DNA from: Promethearchaeota archaeon
GTDB taxonomy: Archaea; Asgardarchaeota; Lokiarchaeia; Sigyniarchaeales; SOKP01
Assembly: GCA_048941015.1 (NCBI GenBank)
Contig: JBHLNZ010000034.1
Span: forward strand, 1-10,624
Direction: 5' to 3'
Length of the DNA stretch: 10,624 bases
A program made the position numbers and the translations under genes. Below, piece by piece: positions 7,801 through 10,624 of this stretch (positions are counted from its first letter, which is position 1; every line of letters begins with the position of its first letter). The notes under the pieces are model-generated. The model saw nothing but the letters and a program-made list of their open reading frames with translations. It made no database searches and had not been told where the DNA came from.

Positions 7801-9763
7801 TGCTTCATGTACTCCAAGAACTCACGAACCATTGTTCCAATCAACTATTAGGGAGGTAGGTTTAAATAAATATCTTTTTGATCTAGCAAACATCAGAGAT
7901 CAATGTTCTTGGGTGCATATTCATGAACCCAAAGAGGCGACAGAAAAAGCTAAAGATCTAGTTAGAATGTCAGTAGCTAAAGCAAGAAACTTAGTTCCCT
8001 TACAAGAGCAAAAAGTGGAAGTTGTTCATAAAGGAATGGTTATTGGTGGTGGAGTTGCTGGAATGACAGCCGCTTTAAACTTAGCTGATCAGGGATTTCC
8101 TGTATACTTAGTAGAAAAAAGTAATACTTTAGGTGGTTTTGCTAATAAGATATATCAAACTTTAGAGAACAATGATGTTCAACAATTAGTTAGCAATTTA
8201 ACTGAAAGAGTGAATAATCACAAATTTATTGAAGTATTTCTCAAGGCTAATATCAATTCTATAAATGGATATCTGGGTAATTTTAGAACCGAGTTAGCTT
8301 TAGATGATGAAAATGAAAAGAAAAATCTTAATCATGGAATAATTATTCTTGCAACAGGATCTGAAGAATATGTTCCTAAAGAAGACGATTTTCTATATGG
8401 TCAAGATGAGAGAATCATAACTCAATCTAGCTTTGAAGATATACTATTTACAGATGAGAACGAAATAAAGAAATTGAAATCTATTACAATGATTCAGTGT
8501 GTTGGTTCGAGGAACGAGGAAAATCCATACTGCAGTAGAATGTGTTGTGCTGAAGCTATAAAAAACGCTTTAAAAGCAAAAGAGATAAATCCGGATCTGA
8601 ATATAACCATTTTATATCGAGATATTAGAACCTATGGTTTTAAAGAGAAATATTATAATTTAGCTAGAGAAAAAGGTATTCTTTTTATTAGGTTTAACGA
8701 AGAAAAGCCACCTGAACTTAGCAAAGATGATGGTCAATTGCAACTCTCACTTAACAAAACGGATATTGGAGAAATTAAAATAAATACTGATCTGGTTGTT
8801 TTAAGTGCAGGAATCGTAGCTCCTGAAGGGAATCCAGAGTTAGCTAAATTTCTGAAAGTTCCACTTAATGAAGATAATTTCTTTTTGGAAGCACATGTTA
8901 AATTACGTCCTTCGGATTTTGCAACAGAAGGTATATTTTTATGTGGAACAGCACGAGGTCCAGCAAATATCACTGAAAGTATAGCTCAAGCAAATTCTGC
9001 AGCAGCTAGAGCAATGACAATTTTATCAAAAGAGATTTTAATGACTGAAGGTGTCACTGCCAGTGTAAATGAAGAAAAATGTATTGGTTGTGGTCAATGT
9101 GCAGAAATTTGTCCATATAATGCTATTGAATTAATTGAGAGTATAAAACAAATGGGATTATATAAGAATGAAATAAAGAAAGCCCAAATAATTAAAGCTC
9201 TTTGTAAAGGTTGTGGAACTTGTTTCGCAGAGTGTCCTGTTTCTGCTATTACTATGAACCATTTTGGAAATGCACAAATAAAGCCAATGATTACCGAAGC
9301 TGTGAAATCATCTGAAGAGATCTGGGAACCCCGTATTGTCGCATTTCTTTGCAATTGGTGCTCCTATGCCGGTGCTGATTTAGCAGGTGTAAGCCGATTT
9401 CAATACCCTCCAAATCTCAGAATTATAAGAGTTATGTGTTCAGGAGGTATGTCCAAAAGCTATATTTTACAGGCATTCTTAGATGGTGCTGATGGAGTAT
9501 TTATTGCAGGTTGCCATCTTGGAGATTGTCATTATATAAGCGGGAATGAAAATGCTTACCTCCGCATGGAAAATCTACAAAAATTATTGAAAATGATTGG
9601 ATTAGAAGAAGAAAGAATTGAAGTTAGACAAATTTCCGCGAGTGAAGGTAAACAATTCTCAGAAGATATAACAGAGTTTACAGAAAAAATCAAAAAGTTA
9701 GGAGAATCAAAGATAAATAGGAAATTAAGTAAAGTTAAAATAGCAAAAATAGAAACTAACTAA
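4808..9763 (+). CDS. hdrA: HdrL-type fusion: HdrA module + inserted GltD/NfnB-like NAD(P)H oxidoreductase + second HdrA module + C-terminal MvhD
   Basis: HdrA-1: GAGIGG, LDKTFPTNDCSMC, QCVGSRD...YCSSVCCMY. GltD-like insert ~5279-6721: APCRDACP, GRICPRFCESVC, GSGPAG, GGMLRFGIPDYRLP, GGGDVAMD, YRR, VFAGGE. HdrA-2 from ~7610: RIGVFVCHCG, CTPRTHE, NIRDQCSWVH, GGGVAG, YCSRMCC, C-terminal CIGCGQCAEICP/CKGCGTCFAECP. MvhD from ~9326: FLCNWCSYAGADLAG, RVMCSG, GCHLGDCHY, ISASEG. The ORF track starts it at GTG 4799. Confidence 0.93.
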   Translation: MSETNKIGAVMIVGAGIGGCQAALDLADSGLKVYLVDKNPSIGGVMAKLDKTFPTNDCSMCILAPKLVAVDRHPNIELITYSDVLDLEGKPGNFNAKIRKRTRYIYEDKCTGCGECIQQCPVRVPDEFNENLDSRKAIYLQFPQAVPFKVQIDKKGIAPCRDACPAHVNAQGYIALISKKSYKESLDLIRERCPLPSVIGRICPRFCESVCNRAEIDDAINICGLKRFVADHVRENLEDEPIFLEDKKEEKVAIVGSGPAGLTVAYHLARRGYPVTIFEKEPFAGGMLRFGIPDYRLPPEILESDIEHIKKYGVEIKTNTPIGPDLTLDDLKKQGYKAIFIAIGLHDSRKMDFQCEDIDDVIYGVDFLRELNLGGDVPNLKDKVVGIVGGGDVAMDAARSSIRLGAKKVIIIYRRSEAEIPASREELNRAREEGIEFKFLTVPTKDVSGKKAKLSEIECVQMKLGEPDESGRRRPIAIEGSEFKMRIDTLIISIGQESDCSLIKSASQKKIKINKWGYIETDKTNFATNIPGVFAGGEIVTGAGSAIEAIATGNKAAFVIEKFLKGEDISELQETIPDYNVEDVISIEDIQDVDKISCQERGEFAICLPDERIYNFSEVTSTMDEESSIQEANRCLNCGSCCECFECVRACLAEAVDHNLTDEIISINVGAVILAFGSNEYIPKEGNIYGYGEYPNVISSIEFERILNASGPFKGEVIRPSDQEHPKKVAFLQCVGSRDKTIDHEYCSSVCCMYTTKEAVIAKEHLKSVEPTIFSMDIRAFGKDFDKYIERAKKEYGVRYIRSRISGIKEIPETNDLKIRYETEEGEIVEEVFNMVVLSVGLQPNPTASELAKKMDVELNEYGFCKTDNFNPIETSRPGIYVCGTFKEPKDIPETVVEASAAAGAVNVLLSDARNTLVAEEKHYEEIDVSGEPPRIGVFVCHCGINIGGVVNVPEVVEYASTLPDVVYTERNLYTCSADTQTIIKEKIKENNINRVIVASCTPRTHEPLFQSTIREVGLNKYLFDLANIRDQCSWVHIHEPKEATEKAKDLVRMSVAKARNLVPLQEQKVEVVHKGMVIGGGVAGMTAALNLADQGFPVYLVEKSNTLGGFANKIYQTLENNDVQQLVSNLTERVNNHKFIEVFLKANINSINGYLGNFRTELALDDENEKKNLNHGIIILATGSEEYVPKEDDFLYGQDERIITQSSFEDILFTDENEIKKLKSITMIQCVGSRNEENPYCSRMCCAEAIKNALKAKEINPDLNITILYRDIRTYGFKEKYYNLAREKGILFIRFNEEKPPELSKDDGQLQLSLNKTDIGEIKINTDLVVLSAGIVAPEGNPELAKFLKVPLNEDNFFLEAHVKLRPSDFATEGIFLCGTARGPANITESIAQANSAAARAMTILSKEILMTEGVTASVNEEKCIGCGQCAEICPYNAIELIESIKQMGLYKNEIKKAQIIKALCKGCGTCFAECPVSAITMNHFGNAQIKPMITEAVKSSEEIWEPRIVAFLCNWCSYAGADLAGVSRFQYPPNLRIIRVMCSGGMSKSYILQAFLDGADGVFIAGCHLGDCHYISGNENAYLRMENLQKLLKMIGLEEERIEVRQISASEGKQFSEDITEFTEKIKKLGESKINRKLSKVKIAKIETN

Positions 9764-9824
9764 TAAATTGTTTTTAATTTACTATTTATGATAAAATTAA
9801 TTTTTTAATATCTATTTATTGTAT
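9764..9824. terminator. AT-rich convergent intergenic region with T-tracts
   Basis: TTGTTTTTAATTT...TTAATTTTTT between the convergent TAA stops at 9763 and 9825. Confidence 0.35.
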
Positions 9825-10624
9825 TTAATATTCGTCAGGCAAAGTTTTTAATTCTGCTAAAGTAAAAACAGGTCCGTTGACACAGACAAACTTATTACCA
9901 ATATTACATCTTCCGCATTTACCGATTCCGCATTTCATTCTCATTTCTAAAGAGTTTAAAATTTGCTCATCCTTCCAACCTAAGTTAACTAACTCTGCTA
10001 CGGCAGTTCTAATCATAATTGGAGGACCACATACTACTGCTATAGCGTTATCAGGTGAAGGTGCAACCTTCTTGACTATTGCTGCCACAAACCCCACTTC
10101 ACGTGTCCATCCTTCTTCTTCACGATCAATTGTCAAAATAACCTTGATATCATCCCTTTTTTCCCATTTCTCAAGCACATCTCGGTATAAAACTTCTCCG
10201 ATATCACGATTACCGTAAATAACAGTAATATCTTTGTAATCTTTTCTATATTTATCATCTAATAAATAAATTACGAGTGAACGTAAAGTTGAGAAAGCAA
10301 ATCCACCTCCAATGACGATTATATTCTTTCCTTTCATTTCTTCAATTGGCCATCCATTTCCTAAAGGTCCTCTTACTCCAACAGTATCACCAACTTCACA
10401 ATTATGAAATCCTGAAGTAACAGTACCCATCTTTTTAATGGTGAATTTTATTGTACCTTCTTCTGTTGGTGAAGATGCGATACCAATTGGACATTCACCT
10501 TTCCCTATTAGGCTAAGTTCGGCAAACTGCCCAGGAATATAATTAAAATTTTGATATTCTTCTTCATTTTTGAATTCCAATTCTAACGTTTTAATATCAT
10601 TTACTTTATTCTCTGATACAATAC
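9825..10624 (-). CDS. FlxA / AsrB / hydrogenase-gamma-like FAD/NAD-binding [2Fe-2S] subunit; true start lies beyond the window edge
   Basis: PGQF, RGPLGN, GGGFAFSTLRS, YGNR, VCGPPIM, EMRMKCGIGKCGRCNIG..VCVNGPVF. The frame stays open upstream of TTG 10580 to the edge (IVSENKVNDIKTLELEF), so the listed 251-aa ORF is truncated. The C-terminus LKTLPDEY resembles FlxA. Confidence 0.9.
   Translation of the reverse strand, partial: IVSENKVNDIKTLELEFKNEEEYQNFNYIPGQFAELSLIGKGECPIGIASSPTEEGTIKFTIKKMGTVTSGFHNCEVGDTVGVRGPLGNGWPIEEMKGKNIIVIGGGFAFSTLRSLVIYLLDDKYRKDYKDITVIYGNRDIGEVLYRDVLEKWEKRDDIKVILTIDREEEGWTREVGFVAAIVKKVAPSPDNAIAVVCGPPIMIRTAVAELVNLGWKDEQILNSLEMRMKCGIGKCGRCNIGNKFVCVNGPVFTLAELKTLPDEY

Noticed and set aside
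7036-9354. Minus-strand ORFs 7036-7425, 8734-8973 and 9094-9354
   Set aside because: Antisense shadows of hdrL, with the S/I/F-rich composition expected from the reverse complement of its codons.
9877-10218. 113-aa plus-strand ORF
   Set aside because: Antisense shadow of the FlxA-like gene.
1-10624. CRISPR arrays, IS elements, tRNA/rRNA
   Set aside because: No periodic repeats, transposase motifs or GC-rich structured segments. All intergenic gaps are short and AT-rich.

Overview
AT-rich archaeal window, most likely Asgard (Lokiarchaeia-like). That assignment is inferred from a Rag/Arf-like small GTPase with HKxD and SSI motifs, T-tract terminators, TATA-like promoters and an Hdr module. 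Left half: a hypothetical ORF missed by the ORF track (minus strand, ATG at 572, open to the left edge), a CDP-alcohol phosphatidyltransferase, a 418-aa multidomain small GTPase and a HAD phosphatase. Right half: an HdrD-like (HdrC+HdrB type) protein and a ~1650-aa HdrL-type fusion (HdrA + inserted GltD/NfnB-like NAD(P)H module + second HdrA + MvhD). These converge on a FlxA/AsrB-like FAD/NAD/[2Fe-2S] gene that runs off the right edge. No RNA genes, mobile elements or CRISPR arrays were seen. Most notable are the single-chain asymmetric HdrA pseudo-dimer with NADPH and MvhD inputs, the GTPase architecture, and an in-frame ATG...TAG upstream of the hdrD-like gene.
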